Below are positions 12,317-25,000 of a stretch of DNA of 64,000 bases, in pieces (position 1 is the stretch's first letter; the number at the start of each line of letters is the position of its first letter). Position numbers and translations under genes: made by a program. The stretch comes from Catajapyx aquilonaris. Its lineage: Eukaryota. The stretch covers positions 1-64,000 of the forward strand of contig KZ538368.1 in the NCBI GenBank assembly GCA_000934665.2. Direction: 5' to 3'. Below the pieces are notes generated by a model. It was not told where the DNA came from and made no database searches. It saw only the letters and a list, made by a program, of their open reading frames with translations.

Positions 12317-13116
12317 TAAGTAGAGTAAGCTGTTGTTTTCATATACACTAACTCAACTTTTTCATCTGAAATTCTTTAGAACAACTTCCACTGAAAATTG
12401 CAATGCTTCAAGAAAAAACTATCCTGGAACACACGCTTTCAGCTCTGAAGAAATGAATCCTCAACTACGCCTTTCTTTCTGCTGCCAATTAAAAAGGTGT
12501 TGCACAAAAGAAACCATGGTCAGTACATTAGCCTGTTATTTAACTAGCCACTTTTATTTTAATCGACACCAATGCACCTCCCTCATTAGTTTCATTGTCC
12601 TGCCAGAAAAAAAATCCCTAAGAAGCAAATCAACATGTGTACAATTATTTAATCATTTCAATGCATATCAATAATTTGCAACACTCTTTACCTCCTGTCT
12701 CGCACACAAATTATACAAGTTGATCTACTTCTTAAAAAGGTGTTCAGTGTACATACCAGAAAATGCATCACTCATTCATTCAATCTCCAGCCTGTCACTA
12801 GAATGCTCAGAATGTGTGCAAACCCCGTAGAAATTTTTACATAGTATTAATGAAAAGAAAGTGACAGACATCCTAACAAGGTGCGTCCCCTAGTAGCATT
12901 CCAAACCAATGGAAAAAGAATAACAATGAGGAGAGTGACACAAGAAGTGACAACTACTCTACGTGTGAGTCAAAGGTGAGAAAATTGGACATGTATGCTA
13001 GGGGGAAGGAAGGGATGGACAGAGAAACAACACAGCCTACCTACTAGTGTTAAAAAAAAGCTAAGTTATTAGGATGGAGAAAGGTTATGTAATTTCTTTG
13101 TTTGGGTGTTACTCAC

Positions 13117-13245
13117 ACTGCTTTCGATTTGCAAAGCGCTATTACTGCGCTCGACTGAGGATTTCTCTTTTATGGGTTTCTTCTCTTTCAACGAGACGGT
13201 GCTTTTGTCCCGTGTGAAAAGTTTGCTCTTTTTGTCCCCAATATC
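13117..13245 (-). CDS. PACS2: PACS coding exon 10 (DIGDKKSKLFTRDKSTVSLKEKKPIKEKSSVERSNSALQIESS)
   Basis: Not in ORF track; acceptor tcctcctctag|, donor AGT|gtgagt; SLKE and ER.NS resemble PACS2 STSLKER...ERANS. Confidence 0.87.
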
Positions 13246-13536
13246 CTAGAGGAGGACACAATATTCAATTTGTGACCAATAACCATTGCCCCACTTTCAA
13301 ACCTTCATTTTACATCAACATTTAAATATATTGTTACCACATCTAGGCTACTTATTCCAGCATCATCACTTTCATGCAAACACTGTTAAGGTAAAGTTAC
13401 ATTTTAAGCCAGAAAAATCAATAATTAATCACCTTACCTTGCACATGACCTGAGAAATAATTAATTTTAATAGTTTGACAAAATAGCTAGACTTCAAACT
13501 GCATTGTTGTCAAACATCAAATAGGCAGACCTCGCA

Positions 13537-13639
13537 GAAATGAGAAATCTGCTCACACTCAAATTACAGCAGATATTATAGTATGGTACCTGTACTATAA
13601 TATCTGCTATAATTTGAGTGTGAGCAGATTTTTCATTTC
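13537..13639. repeat. ~48-bp-arm palindrome/hairpin
   Basis: GAAATGAGAAATCTGCTCACACTCAAATTACAGCAGATATTATAGTA and its near-perfect reverse complement. Confidence 0.9.
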
Positions 13640-14160
13640 ATTTCAGAGACATCAGAAATATTGAAACTCGATTTAGTAGCACAATTAGTGAAGGTGCATG
13701 TTATCAATCTCATGGGCAATAGTCATGGTCATGTACCCCATAAAGCATACCATTCAAATTCTACCACATCACAAATTAGTCAACATACGCATGAGGTCCA
13801 CGTGAAAAGTTTCCACTCAATGTGAAGCAAAATTAGAGTCACTTGCTTGTTTATTTACCTTATCATTACAGCTAAATTTATTTACACCTAGTATTTACTC
13901 AGATGAACAACGTTTTGAGTGAACCTCACATCATTACATCACAAAAATTGAATACCAAAATAGGCAAACACCCAACTCTAGAGTGTTTCATTTGGAGGTG
14001 GGCCTTTGTTCTATTGGACTATCCAATTGTGCACGAGTTAGTCCTACATTCCAAGGTGCAAGTTGTGCTACAGTCACATTATGCTTTCTAGTGTAACTGC
14101 AGATGTAACTTCAAGACAAAAAATTAAGAACAAAAAAAAGTGCGAAAGCAAATTAATTAC

Positions 14161-14339
14161 CTGAGAACTAGACCTCTCCGTCTTGCTTCTCTCATCCAAG
14201 CTTCTTGGTGGGGAAGAGGCCAGCTGTTGGGGATCACTATGCTCATGATCAGTCCAGTTTTCTGGATGTGAATCTGAGTCTGCCTTCTTCGAGCTCTCAT
14301 CACTCATGCGATCCGAACCTGGCTTATCCAAATGGACGC
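14161..14339 (-). CDS. PACS2: PACS coding exon 9 (VHLDKPGSDRMSDESSKKADSDSHPENWTDHEHSDPQQLASSPPRSLDERSKTERSSSQ)
   Basis: acceptor tttcag|, donor CAG|gtaatt; phase 1 to 0; low-complexity middle region. Confidence 0.88.
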
Positions 14340-14929
14340 CTGAAATTCAATTTTAATTTCAACTTATATTTAGCACTGAATGGTGCATTTTAATAAATAA
14401 GTCATTTTGTCATTTTACAGAGCCCAGTAAAGCTCTATGAAGAGAGGATTCCTTGATACATACCTCAACCTGCCTCAAGAGGAAGCTGTCATCCACCACC
14501 TTTTCTTAATCCCATCCCCTATCCCAACCCAGCAGTGACAATGTAGACTGATAAGGCCCTTAAAAGTCATGGACCTGTCATGCCATGCATTACACACAAG
14601 CTACTTAAGAAATTATTATTTCTCTGCACTTTTGCAAGGGCCTTATTGCCAAAAGTTATCACAATTGGATTGGGGTGAGCGGTAGCATTACTATAGAACA
14701 GTGAGTCAGCACTGCGTCATGAGGCTGCTTGAGGCATAAGTAGAATAGCTAGGTGGTTTATGAGTAAGAGCAACAAAATTAAAAACATTTGAATCATCCA
14801 TTTTTTCCAGACGAATGCACAAGAAATCCTCCCCCAAATATCGTCTCCTGGATATGGGCTACAAGTTTTGCAACAGACCTTGATCTGCACACACATCTCC
14901 ATTCAGTAATTCCAGGTTCTTTTCAGTAC

Positions 14930-15100
14930 CTGGCACGTTGAGAGTTTCGTGCAGAAGGGAGCGGCTACTGGCGAAAAATGGTCTGAGAGATGGCTTGGGT
15001 GTGGAAGTGATGCTCATTGTGTCCATCTCAGGCCCTGAGTCACTAAGGTCATCCAGCTCGTCAAAGAGGTCCTCTATCTCTGCTGGATCCATTTCTGCAC
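14930..15100 (-). CDS. PACS2: PACS coding exon 8 (AEMDPAEIEDLFDELDDLSDSGPEMDTMSITSTPKPSLRPFFASSRSLLHETLNVP)
   Basis: acceptor ttttgttag|, donor G|gtactg; SDSGPEM and STPKP.LRP.F motifs. Confidence 0.93.
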
Positions 15101-15245
15101 CTAACAAAACAAAAACATCAATATTTTCCTGAGAATGTAATAAAGCACAATGGCTTAAAAGCAACAACAAAAAAAAAGAGTCAAGGAACCTAGTTTTAGT
15201 CAGAACAGTCATAAATGAGATATAGGTCATCAACAGGAATAATAC

Positions 15246-15354
15246 CTGTGAGTTTCTTCTGGATGTCTGCATGGCCAGGACCTAGTACCTGAAGATCCTC
15301 AGTCACCTTAAACCTCTTCAGTAGAGCAATAAACTTTTGTTTCAGGTTTCTTTG
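15246..15354 (-). CDS. PACS2: PACS coding exon 7 (QRNLKQKFIALLKRFKVTEDLQVLGPGHADIQKKLT-G)
   Basis: acceptor ttacag|, donor G|gtatta; N.KQK..ALL.RFKV motif; 109 nt. Confidence 0.92.
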
Positions 15355-15552
15355 CTGTAACCCTGCACCATAACCAACCTGAAAGAATTACAAGCAGGTC
15401 AATCATAATCATCATATTCATCATCATCATCATCCATTCATTCATTCATTCATTGCATCACGGCATAATTCCAACAATTGGGTAGCCAGCAAAGACTAGT
15501 GTGAACACCTAGCCGTCTCATAACAACAACAATCATAATATGAATATGAATG

Positions 15553-15572
15553 TTATTATTATTATTATTATT

Positions 15573-15641
<69 letters not shown>

Positions 15642-15975
15642 CTGGGTAGTGCTTGACCTCATTGCAAGGTATGTAGCACAGACTTTTATTATGTCCTTGT
15701 GTACACTGTATATTTTTGGAACCTTTTACGAAGCGCCCTGGTCAGCAGGAGGGGATGAGTGGGAGGGGAGTTGCAGGGTGCAGTGCAATGTCTCATACAG
15801 TCATTTGTGAGTTCCCCTGGGTGGTTAGTCTCAAGGAATCCCACCCGAGACGAAGCCAGAGACAACCCAACTCTGCGCGAGATGACGGGGGGAATGCCCC
15901 GCCTTGGGATAGAACCCAGGACCCTTCCATCTGTGGGCACGTACGTTTCTACAGCGCCACTCCATCTCCCCCCCA
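15553..15975 (-). mobile_element. tRNA-derived SINE (separate family) with long (TTA)n tail
   Basis: Head TGGCGCTGTAG...GGTTCTATCCC near 15900-15965; (TAA)n on plus strand 15575-15641. Confidence 0.7.
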
Positions 15976-16037
15976 AGCAGTTCAATAAAAAACATCCCCA
16001 TAAACCTAAAGTGAACTAAAAATTACAAAACTATATA

Positions 16038-16421
16038 CAGGGTGGACCAACTTCAAGTGTCGTTTTATAACGGCGATTAATAGCAGTGATTTTGCGATGA
16101 CGTAGCAGCGACGTGTAAAATGTCCCTCTTCGGCGCCATCGAAAATATTAGCTGCCAATAGCAGCTCACGTGTAATCAACCCTGCTGCTGGGTTGACCTG
16201 GAAAAAAGTAGGTGCACACATGACCTGAGATGCGCCTGGGTGAAATGGGTGATGCCCAAGGCACCAGATGGACCTGTAATGCATTACATGTGTGCTGCTA
16301 TTGTCAGCTAATATTTTCGATGGCGCCGAAGTGGGCCATTTTACACGTCGCTGCTACGTCAATCGTAAAGCGCTTCTATTAATAGCAGTTATAAAACGAC
16401 ACTTGAAGTTGGTCCACCCTG
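16038..16421. mobile_element. Tc1/mariner foldback MITE
   Basis: TA|CAGGGTGGACCAACTTCAAGTGTCGTTTTATAAC ... GTTATAAAACGACACTTGAAGTTGGTCCACCCTG|TA; ~135-bp arms. Confidence 0.9.
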
Positions 16422-16534
16422 TATGTATAACATCTCAAGCTGCTCTCCTCAGTAGCATAGCCTATGCTTCAGTAACGCATGAATGTTCATATCTCTCTTC
16501 TTGACTTCCAAAACTGGGTTTTAACATTTTCATA

Positions 16535-17103
16535 CCATATTACCTCACTTAAAATGGCATGCCGGTACAGTCGAGGTCGACCAGTTTTTAGAAATGCATA
16601 ATCTGGTGGCTATACCAGCATGCCGGTGTAAGTGAGGTATGCCGGTATGAGACAAGGTTTTCACTTAATTAACCCTTTTAGTATTAGCAATATAATTAAG
16701 ATATAATTGGTATTAACTGCCTATACCAGAGTGCCTGAAGTATTGAACCTGTGAAAACTACAACCAGGTATTGAGCAAAATGAAGGACTTAAGGAGTTTG
16801 CCTCGATTCTGTGATGGAGTAGGAGGGTTCCCCTCTCAGAGCAGGTTGAATATGGGATTGTTCACACACTATTCACTGTGCAACAGACGAGCTTGCATAT
16901 TTTCACAACCTTGTACTCGTCCGTTTTTCACCATAACATTATTTTAGTACGAGCTACGAAACGCATTCTGAAATATTTTACAAGGATCAAAATTATGGAA
17001 ATCTACCTCAGTTATGGCGGCATGCCGGCCACCCCCGGGGTATACCGGCATGCTGGTCGACCTCGGTTTATACCGGCACGCTGCTTTAAGTGAGGTAATA
17101 TGG
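16535..17103. mobile_element. TA-flanked MITE (Tc2/pogo-like termini)
   Basis: TA|CCATATTACCTCACTTAAA ... TTTAAGTGAGGTAATATGG|TA, subterminal GCATGCCGGTA repeats. Confidence 0.75.
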
Positions 17104-18344
17104 TATAAAGAGTGAGAGGGAGGAGCTAACCAATGTATTAAGTCATGACTTTCTTGCCATTCTTTTTCTGAAAGCACAAAATCATTATTTCCTGGAACTG
17201 TATCGAATTTCTTGTCAGTTATGATTTTTGAAGTCTGACACATCACCAATGATAACTTTCAGCATCCTCATGAACTTCCCATTGTAGAAGTTGACAAACA
17301 CATGTAATGGTCATGTGAATGCAAGCCACACTTTCACAAAAGCAAGTAATGGATGAATGGTAAGGAATGACACAGCAAAAACATGAGAAAAGGGTAGACA
17401 TAAAATGCTGAAGGGAGAAAGAAACTGATAATAAAAATAAATTAATAAATTAATGCTGGGGCCTTTAATGCAATCTTCTTTAACCCTGTACTGCACACAT
17501 TTCGGATTTTGGGAAGTAGAAAATTCTAATGCCTTTTTCTCATCATATGCGACAAGGATGGTTTTTATTATGTTTCGGTCATCTCTGACCCAATGACTTT
17601 GAAGTTACATGGGCTGAGTCAAAAGTCATGGCAAGTATTTTTTAATTCAAAAACGGTAACACATACAGAGATGATCTTTGCTAAGTTTTGAAGATCCGGC
17701 GATTACAATTTCATCTGATATAATTATAGATGGCATCCATATCGCAAAGGGGGCCCGAAAACTAAAGGCGACCATAATCCCCACAATTCCACCGTCGCAT
17801 GCAGCTCGGGGTGGGGGGGNGGGGGGGGGGTCAGGATCCCCTTTCATTTACCGGCCCCCCTTGAGATCTTGGGGCCATCTATATTCCAGTCCAAATTGTA
17901 AAAGCCGGACCTTAAAAACGTAGTAATGGTCATATCTGTACATGTTACCATTTTTGAATAAAAATATGCACAATGACTTAGGACTCAAACCTCAAGCAAT
18001 ATTGTGCCTGTGCCGCCAAAGGATTGTGATGAAATTGTGCTGGCAAAATTAGAATGGCCGGAAATGGCAACTAGAGAGCTACTCTTTGCTGTTTTACACA
18101 TGTAATTGGATATTTAATATCTGCACCTATATCTAATCAGCTCCAGAAACAATTGCTGCTTCAGCAAATCCAAATTTCGCGCCATTTTCAATAACCGTGG
18201 CTTCTCTCCGCTTCATGCCATACCCTGACCGTATCATTTGTCGCCCATCATCTAGCGGAAGCTAACAAACTAACTGCGACATCGAGCCACACTGTGGTTT
18301 CCAGGACCAACGTCGAAGCTCATGGCACCTGAGCCAATTAATTG

Positions 18345-18560
18345 TTACCCTCAAGTCAAAATGCTTGTGATCATTGACTGTGCTGTGATGGATTTTGATT
18401 GTGGTTGGAAACAAATGAACCCTAGAAAACTACTAGAACAAGGGGAGAATGCATTGAAACTCTTTCCACATGAGAAATTCCTCCATCCGATAAGGGATTG
18501 GACTCGGGACCTCAGCAGTGGAAGCCTGCATCTCTAACTACTACACCATTGTGCTACCCA
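18345..18560 (-). mobile_element. tRNA-derived SINE, family A (diverged)
   Basis: Shares ATCAAAATCCATCACAGC body and tRNA-like head with the 58951 copy. Confidence 0.7.
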
Positions 18561-18881
18561 TGCAGAGAAGAAAGTAATTCATACGTATATCCATGAAAAG
18601 TTGGGAAGACATCCAATATCACATGCCAACACTTCTTAATTGACTCTAAAAACAAAGCGCTGTTGTGCCACTGATCATATGACATTTTGTGCCTCTACAC
18701 TTTTGCATTGTTCATGGTCGTACCCTGTCTGATAGAATTCCCACTTATTTCTAAGTACCATATTACTGTAGTATATTGCTTCAACCTAAATTATCTCTTA
18801 ATCATCTTCATTTTAATCATCTCCTATGTCAATTACAGGGTCTGATATCAGGGTTGGCTGGTTTGAATTTTATATATATAT

Positions 18882-19138
18882 GAGGAGCGGCAAAGCAAAA
18901 CCAGCAAGATCCAATGTTGGCGGGAAACGAGTTAGGCATGGCATATTGTCCATCACATAGGGTGTGATGCGGTGTTAAAAGCTGGTCGGGCAAAATGTGT
19001 TAGTTCCATAGTATATGAGCCCAAAAACAGTCAATTCAAGCAAATACCGCAAGATCCAGCGGCATAGTGCAAGCAAAACCAGCAAGATCTATAGAAAAGT
19101 TCGTGATGGATCTTGCGGGTTTTGCTTTGCCGCTCTTC
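18882..19138. mobile_element. MITE with GA(G/A) termini and ATAT TSD (Sola-like)
   Basis: ATAT|GAGGAGCGGCAAAGCAAAACCAGCAAGATCCA ... TGGATCTTGCGGGTTTTGCTTTGCCGCTCTTC|ATAT. Confidence 0.75.
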
Positions 19139-19165
19139 ATATATACACATACACACACACACATA

Positions 19166-19489
19166 CAGTGGCGCATCGATTATCCGAACACCGATCAACC
19201 GAACCATCGGTTAACCGAACGTTTTCGGGTCGGCAAAAATTGGCCTTTTTCCCCCCCTAAACTGTAGGGCTACTTCATGTAAGGTCAGTAAGGTATATAT
19301 GTACAGTATTTTTAAGACGTGCCTGTGACAGAAAATATACAGTTTTGTGGTTAATGTCACTGTTTCTTACTTTCATATTGCTCCTATGACACCAGTACAA
19401 TTTTTTTCCGTAAATGATCGGTTATCCAAACAATCAGTTATCCGAACACCCCCTGGGCAGACTCTGTTCGGATAATCGATGCTCCACTG
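19166..19489. mobile_element. pogo/Tigger-type MITE
   Basis: TA|CAGTGGCGCATCGATTATCCGAACA ... TGTTCGGATAATCGATGCTCCACTG|TA. Confidence 0.85.
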
Positions 19490-19511
19490 TATACACACAC
19501 ACACATATATA

Positions 19512-19721
19512 CAGGGTGTCTAAACCTTTTTGTCCGAACAATTATCGGAAATATTGCACTAAGCTGCTTATTTTTTAGCAGTGACTTGCAACCAGTGATT
19601 CTTCCCTGGCTTTATCAGTTGAGGGATGTACCAGGAATGTTGGGGCATGTTCTGACTACATAGCTAGAAGATACATAGGCTTTTCCGATAACTGTTCGGA
19701 CAAAAAAGTTTAGACACCCTG
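19512..19721. mobile_element. Tc1/mariner MITE
   Basis: TA|CAGGGTGTCTAAACCTTTTTGTCCGAACA ... TGTTCGGACAAAAAAGTTTAGACACCCTG|TA. Confidence 0.87.
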
Positions 19722-19752
19722 TATATGGTTTGGGCGGAGGGTATATGTGCTG

Positions 19753-20278
19753 ATGTGACATCATAATGGCAGCAAACTCCCGCTAGATCGGGGCTCGAGG
19801 GCGTCAATTGTTCTGGCCTTAATCCTGTATGTGCGGCCCTTCACTAAACCCCCACAAGAAAAAATCAGGTGGCATCAGGTCTGGTGATCTGAGCCCTGAC
19901 CTTCAGTGACCGATTCATTTCGAAAAATCTGTGGCCGCAAAGATCACCAGACCTGACGCCACCTGATTTATTTTTGTGGGGTTTACTAAAGGGCCGCACA
20001 CACAGGATTAAGCCCAGAACAATTGAAGCATTCTAGCCCCGATACGGCAGGAGTTTGCTGCCATTATGATGTCACATTAACACATACATACACCAATATG
20101 GAGACTCACGAACAAAAGTTCTTGGATGCTGGAGGGGGACCAAATTTTGGGTCTATTCTCTAGGCAGACCTTGCTTGGCAACAGACAAGGTAAGTACATG
20201 TCAATTTTCATCGTGAACCATTCAATAGTTAAAAAGTTATTGAGGGATGTTTGTGTTTCCATTCGTGAGAATCACCCT
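19753..20278. mobile_element. Rearranged Tc1/mariner-superfamily remnant with internal inverted duplication
   Basis: 19753-19890 is the reverse complement of 19941-20077; contains WPQRSPDLTPPDLFLWGLLK; ends GAATCACCCTG|TA; left end missing. Confidence 0.78.
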
Positions 20279-20485
20279 GTATATCAGCTTGTCATGACTA
20301 CATATTTTCTTCTATCCTGCACTGAATCAACTTCTATTACATCCATCGAGAATGCTGTTACAGCCAAATATTTTAAAGGATGACTTTTTATAATATTGCA
20401 TGCTCTACAAACACTGTACTGCATGAGATGGGAGCCACCTAATTTGGGTTACCATCTCATTATTTCTTCATCAGCTTATGCTTAC

Positions 20486-20631
20486 CCTTGCCTCTGCCAC
20501 TCTCATCTTTCCCCTGCTGGATTTCCTGGTCCTGCGCCCAACTCCTCCATCTTCCATTGGTTCAGAATCTGATCCCTCTTCATTTGTAGAATACTCTTCT
20601 TCATCATCACTGTAATCAACCACAGCCCTGT
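20486..20631 (-). CDS. PACS2: PACS coding exon 6, acidic cluster (D-RAVVDYSDDEEEYSTNEEGSDSEPMEDGGVGRRTRKSSRGKMRVAEAR)
   Basis: Not in ORF track; acceptor tttcag|, donor AGG|gtaagc; 146 nt, phase 1 to 0. Confidence 0.92.
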
Positions 20632-20694
20632 CTGAAAGTTGCCAAAGAAAGGCACAGATTATTTACAGGGTTGTAAAAGATTGCTAAATTTTTG

Positions 20695-21288
20695 CGAGGG
20701 GCATTTGGAAAGTCTTGACACTTTTTTTTTTTTTTGCCGCAAATACAGTAGGGTCCATGTAGGTCGACAGATAGGGACACATTATCGATAGAACCCTCCT
20801 GGAGCCGAATGCACTGGCACCATGGGTGTGGCAGCATCTCTAGGCCCTCCAGGAACCACTTTTTGGTGTGGCATGCCCACTCCTGGACAACTGCTTCCTG
20901 TTCAACAATGTCCTCGAAATGGTGTCGGCGAAGGAAATTTTTCATGGATCCGAACAGGTTAAAGTCACTGGAAGCCAGTCCAGGGGAGTACGGTGGGTGT
21001 GGAAGCACGAAAAGCCAGATCCATGGGAAAAAAAAAAACCCTTCACAGATGCCATTTTCAGGACATTGTTGACAGAATTTGTTAACTGTGAGCAGTTGTA
21101 TGATAGTGGGTGCCCCACACCTCCAAAAAGTGGTTCCAGGAGGGGCTGGAGAGGTTGCCACACCTGTGATACCAGTGCATTTGGCTCCAGGAGGGTTCTA
21201 TCGATAATGTGTGCCTATCTGCCGACCTGCATGAGCCCTGTATTTGTGGCAAAAAAATAAAGTGTAAAGACTTTCCGAACACCCCTCG
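20695..21288 (-). mobile_element. Mariner-derived long-TIR MITE with transposase fragment
   Basis: CGAGGGGCATTTGGAAAGTCTT ... AAGACTTTCCGAACACCCCTCG|TA; LPHPPYSPGLASSDFNLFGSMKNFL (mariner YSPDL motif region). Confidence 0.9.
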
Positions 21289-21644
21289 TACATAGGATGG
21301 GTTGAAAATACAGTGTTGCAAGTATCAGGGTTGTTTTTAGTTATCACTAATATCGCCTGACATGGTTATTATTGTGTAGCTTGTTACACTCCGATCCAAG
21401 TGCCCTCTTACTCGCAGGTGGTCGAATATAGCAGGTGCTATACAGTGTAGTAGGGCAGCTGGATCAGGATGCAAAAAGCTACAAAAACAAACAGCTTCAA
21501 GAGAAATTTCTTATAACTAGTGACCTGCACACTTGGAACACCCTGCATTATTCCTATCAATAGGTATTGTGATGCTAATAAATCTCATGGCATGCTTAAT
21601 TACCATAACAGTAGGCCTACATGTAACATAATGAATTAATTTAC

Positions 21645-21807
21645 CAGAACTTTCTCCCAAGGAGTGATGCTTTTGTCGTACAGCAAGGTCCTCATGGTCC
21701 ACAGGCTGACTCATCAGTGATAGCATGGTCACCTTACCAGACACTATGCTTTTTTCTTTTCCCTCAGTGTAGAGATCCAATTCTAGGTCTAGTTGGCGTT
21801 GGAGAAC
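21645..21807 (-). CDS. PACS2: PACS coding exon 5 (VLQRQLDLELDLYTEGKEKSIVSGKVTMLSLMSQPVDHEDLAVRQKHHSLGESS)
   Basis: acceptor tttcag|, donor G|gtaaat; 163 nt; SL.SQPVDHED motif. Confidence 0.94.
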
Positions 21808-21942
21808 CTGAAAGTTGCCTCATCATTAGTTTACTATTCAATGACAGCTTTATACCTTAGGCACACTCACCAGTAAGAATTATATATATTTGATCATAGT
21901 GGAAAATGAACTATAAAAGGCAGATCCAACCCAGAATAACTG

Positions 21943-22071
21943 ATGCCTGATTGCGCCAATGAAATTACCGATTCGATAGCTCCTAACAGATCGTTGGCAC
22001 AGGTTAAAAGGGCTCCTAACGATCCGTTAGGAGCTATCTGATCGGTAATTTCGGTTAGTGCAATCGGGCAT
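21943..22071. repeat. Imperfect palindrome (probable small MITE)
   Basis: ATGCCTGATTGCGCCAATGAAATTACCGAT..GATAGCTCCTAAC..GATCGTT paired with AACGATCCGTTAGGAGCTATC..ATCGGTAATTTC..GCAATCGGGCAT. Confidence 0.82.
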
Positions 22072-25000
22072 GCGAGTGATAAAAAGCTTGCCAAGATGAG
22101 TTGTCTTCATGCCTTTATTATAATAACTTTTAAGGTACATTTTGTCAAATGCATGACATGTCAACTCAAGTGTCCTGCTGATCTTATTATCTTCCTGTTG
22201 ATCTTATTATCATCCTCAGTTATCACTCCCCATTGCATTGTTCAGGGTGGGTTGCATTCAGATAAGGTGATGAGTGGGATCCACCTTTTAATATTGGTTC
22301 CATTTTCCATCTTGTAGGACTTAATTCTGCAATTATTTCTTTGGTGAAATGACAGTGCATAAACATTACTCTGGCATTTAAAGTACTCCAATACTCATGC
22401 ACAATATACCCTGCTAGATCCATAGCTGCCAATGCCCTTATTGTTGGATCCTCCATGAAAAAAATTTCTGCGGCTGTATTGGTAACAAAAACTTTTCAGT
22501 GTCTTCATTTCAATTTCTATAATGTCACATCTAGTTTTCATATGAACCTTGCTGCAACAAAAAATCGATTTACTATTGACAAGCAGGCAAACCAGAGATA
22601 GAACTTAAGTTATTTGGTCCGAGCATTAACTGCAGAATTTTTTCCAGAGTAGCAAGGCATCAACATATCAGATAGACCTCCTGTTCTGCTTTACCTAAGC
22701 CACGAAAATAATGATTTGTAAACTAACAATACTGCAAGTTACAAAATGCAAATGAGAATAAAAACACCTTATAATCTGTTATCAATAATATTCCCATCTG
22801 GGAAGTTGAGTTTGGGGTACAATCATCTAAGTCTACCGCAACTGGAGGGTTGGGATCTACTACTACTACTACTAAAGTTTTCATATTGTAATTCATGAAG
22901 TTTCCATATTAATTCAGCACAACAGCAATACCGGATAAAAGCCAATCAATATGGGTAACCAGGGTAAATAGGCTGCTCAGTGTCCTTCATAGGTATAGAT
23001 TTCAGTACAGAGTAATGCTTTGTTATGCAGCACAATAGATAAGTGCTAAACACAATAGACATTAATAACACAATGAGCGCTCATATAAATCACTTAATAC
23101 TGTACTGTTAATGCAATTAATTTATCCTGCCAATTGGATTAAACCTCTGAAATTTTACTCCACCCTTAAAGAGCACATAGGAGCTACCGGTACTTTAATA
23201 TTTATAGTCTGGTGGTACTCAGGGATTAATTAACAGCTGAATTGTTCACTCCTGATTACAGGAAAACTCATCAAGGGAAACAATGATTCCTGACGTTCAA
23301 AATGCAGATGAAACAGCAGGAGGGCAAAAAAAATCAACCCTCCTCGACACCCCCCCCCCCTCCCCCACAAAAAAAAACTTTGCACAAGTGTCCCATACCC
23401 TTCGGCGTCGTCGTCGTCTAGTGTCGATCGATTCAACGCCGTCTGTGGAAATCGCCTCCGCCCAACTATATATACCGTACCGGGTATGCCAGCATAGCTC
23501 CCGGTCGTCCTGACATCCTTTTGGGAGGATCTATTCTGGTGCTCTCAAGTCGTATCTTTACTCTGTTCAAATGTTAGCATTTCTCTGGCAGTCATTTTTC
23601 CCTCCCTTCTTCTCGTCCCAGACACTCTCGGAGGATTTCCCTCAGGAGCATTGCTCCTGTACATCTCCCCATTTCCCACCTCCCTTGTTTTCCTACCCAA
23701 CCATCCTAATTAGACCATGCCCCAGTTTCAATCAACTAACTTGTGCCCAATAAAGCGCCCCTTAAGTTTGTTACCTGGCTATTAATGGACTCGGGGACCC
23801 TGTCCGCTTTTTTTTATTTTTTATCTCCCCCTCCCCGCCCAAAGTTGCGGGATTGCACTTACAAGTTTCATTAGCACCAGGAACAGGAGCAGGTTTACCC
23901 TCTAAAAAGTTCGACCCTTCTACCTCCCCACTTCGCACTGCGCCATGCGGAAGACACGGAATTGGTAACATTGCCTCCTCTTTCCCCTCCCCCTCCCCCC
24001 TTCCTCAAGCCCTCTTTACGTAATCGAGCCTCTAATGACCCTGCTGTGCACAGCCATCAGAGACAATCGTCTGGACACATCCTAAACATACCGATACCCG
24101 CCGGGCCCACTTAAATATTGATTTTGCTGCCGAATGAGCTGCTACCTCAAATGACGCACAAACTGTGAAACAGCTACCTGCATGCGGTCGCTCGCGGTTT
24201 TTCAGCACTGACCACACTTTTTTTTTTTTGCTTTCTCAAAAAACATGCCGGTACGCAGTGGCCTACATCAAACGCACATGATAAATACAGGCTAAGTTAT
24301 GCCCCGCCCAGAAATATTCGTGTCGACAAAATTCCTTCTCAAATTGACTGCAACCATCCGGCAATTTACTGCATCATAAATATCTATTTTGGNCTCTAAG
24401 CCCCATCCTCGCTCTCGGTCGAGTCTTGCTTGGATTGTACCCAATGCGCGTACCTGTCGGAAAGGCTCTAGGGGTGTTATTTCAGGCCTTGCTGTCACTT
24501 CGGAATTCCTCCAAACCCACTAAAAGTTCATCGTTCCCCACCTCAAATACCGCCCTTAGGGGCATCTGGGGAACGCTTCCAGACAATTGCCAACCGATTA
24601 TTTACCACTCTCAGGGAGCAAGATGAACAAAAGAAATAGTTCGCCCAGTCCCAATGCAATCCATGCAAAACGCGTCAAGTTTCTCGCCTCCAATCTCACC
24701 CTGACTGCCCCAAAGAAAAAGAAAGAAAAAAAAGAGAGTTCTCAGGAAAGTTCCTAAGAAAATAGCCGGCTGTTCATGGCAAGACTGGGAGGAGACGAGA
24801 GGCGGGAGAAGAAGGGAAAAAAAAAAAAAATCCAATCGTGCCGAATTGGCAGCGCTTTTCGTGTGCAATGAACCAGCAGGCGAGCTGCCCCCTGGGAAAA
24901 GCCAATTGCCCGCCTTTCTTCCTTTGACAAATACTTCCGACCCTGGGGAAAGTCACTGACTTTTTGCATGACGCACCCCGTCCACGAGTAGCCACGAAAA

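Noticed and set aside
15450..15810. Poly-Ile/Leu/Asn ORFs
   Set aside because: Translations of the (TAA)n SINE tail.
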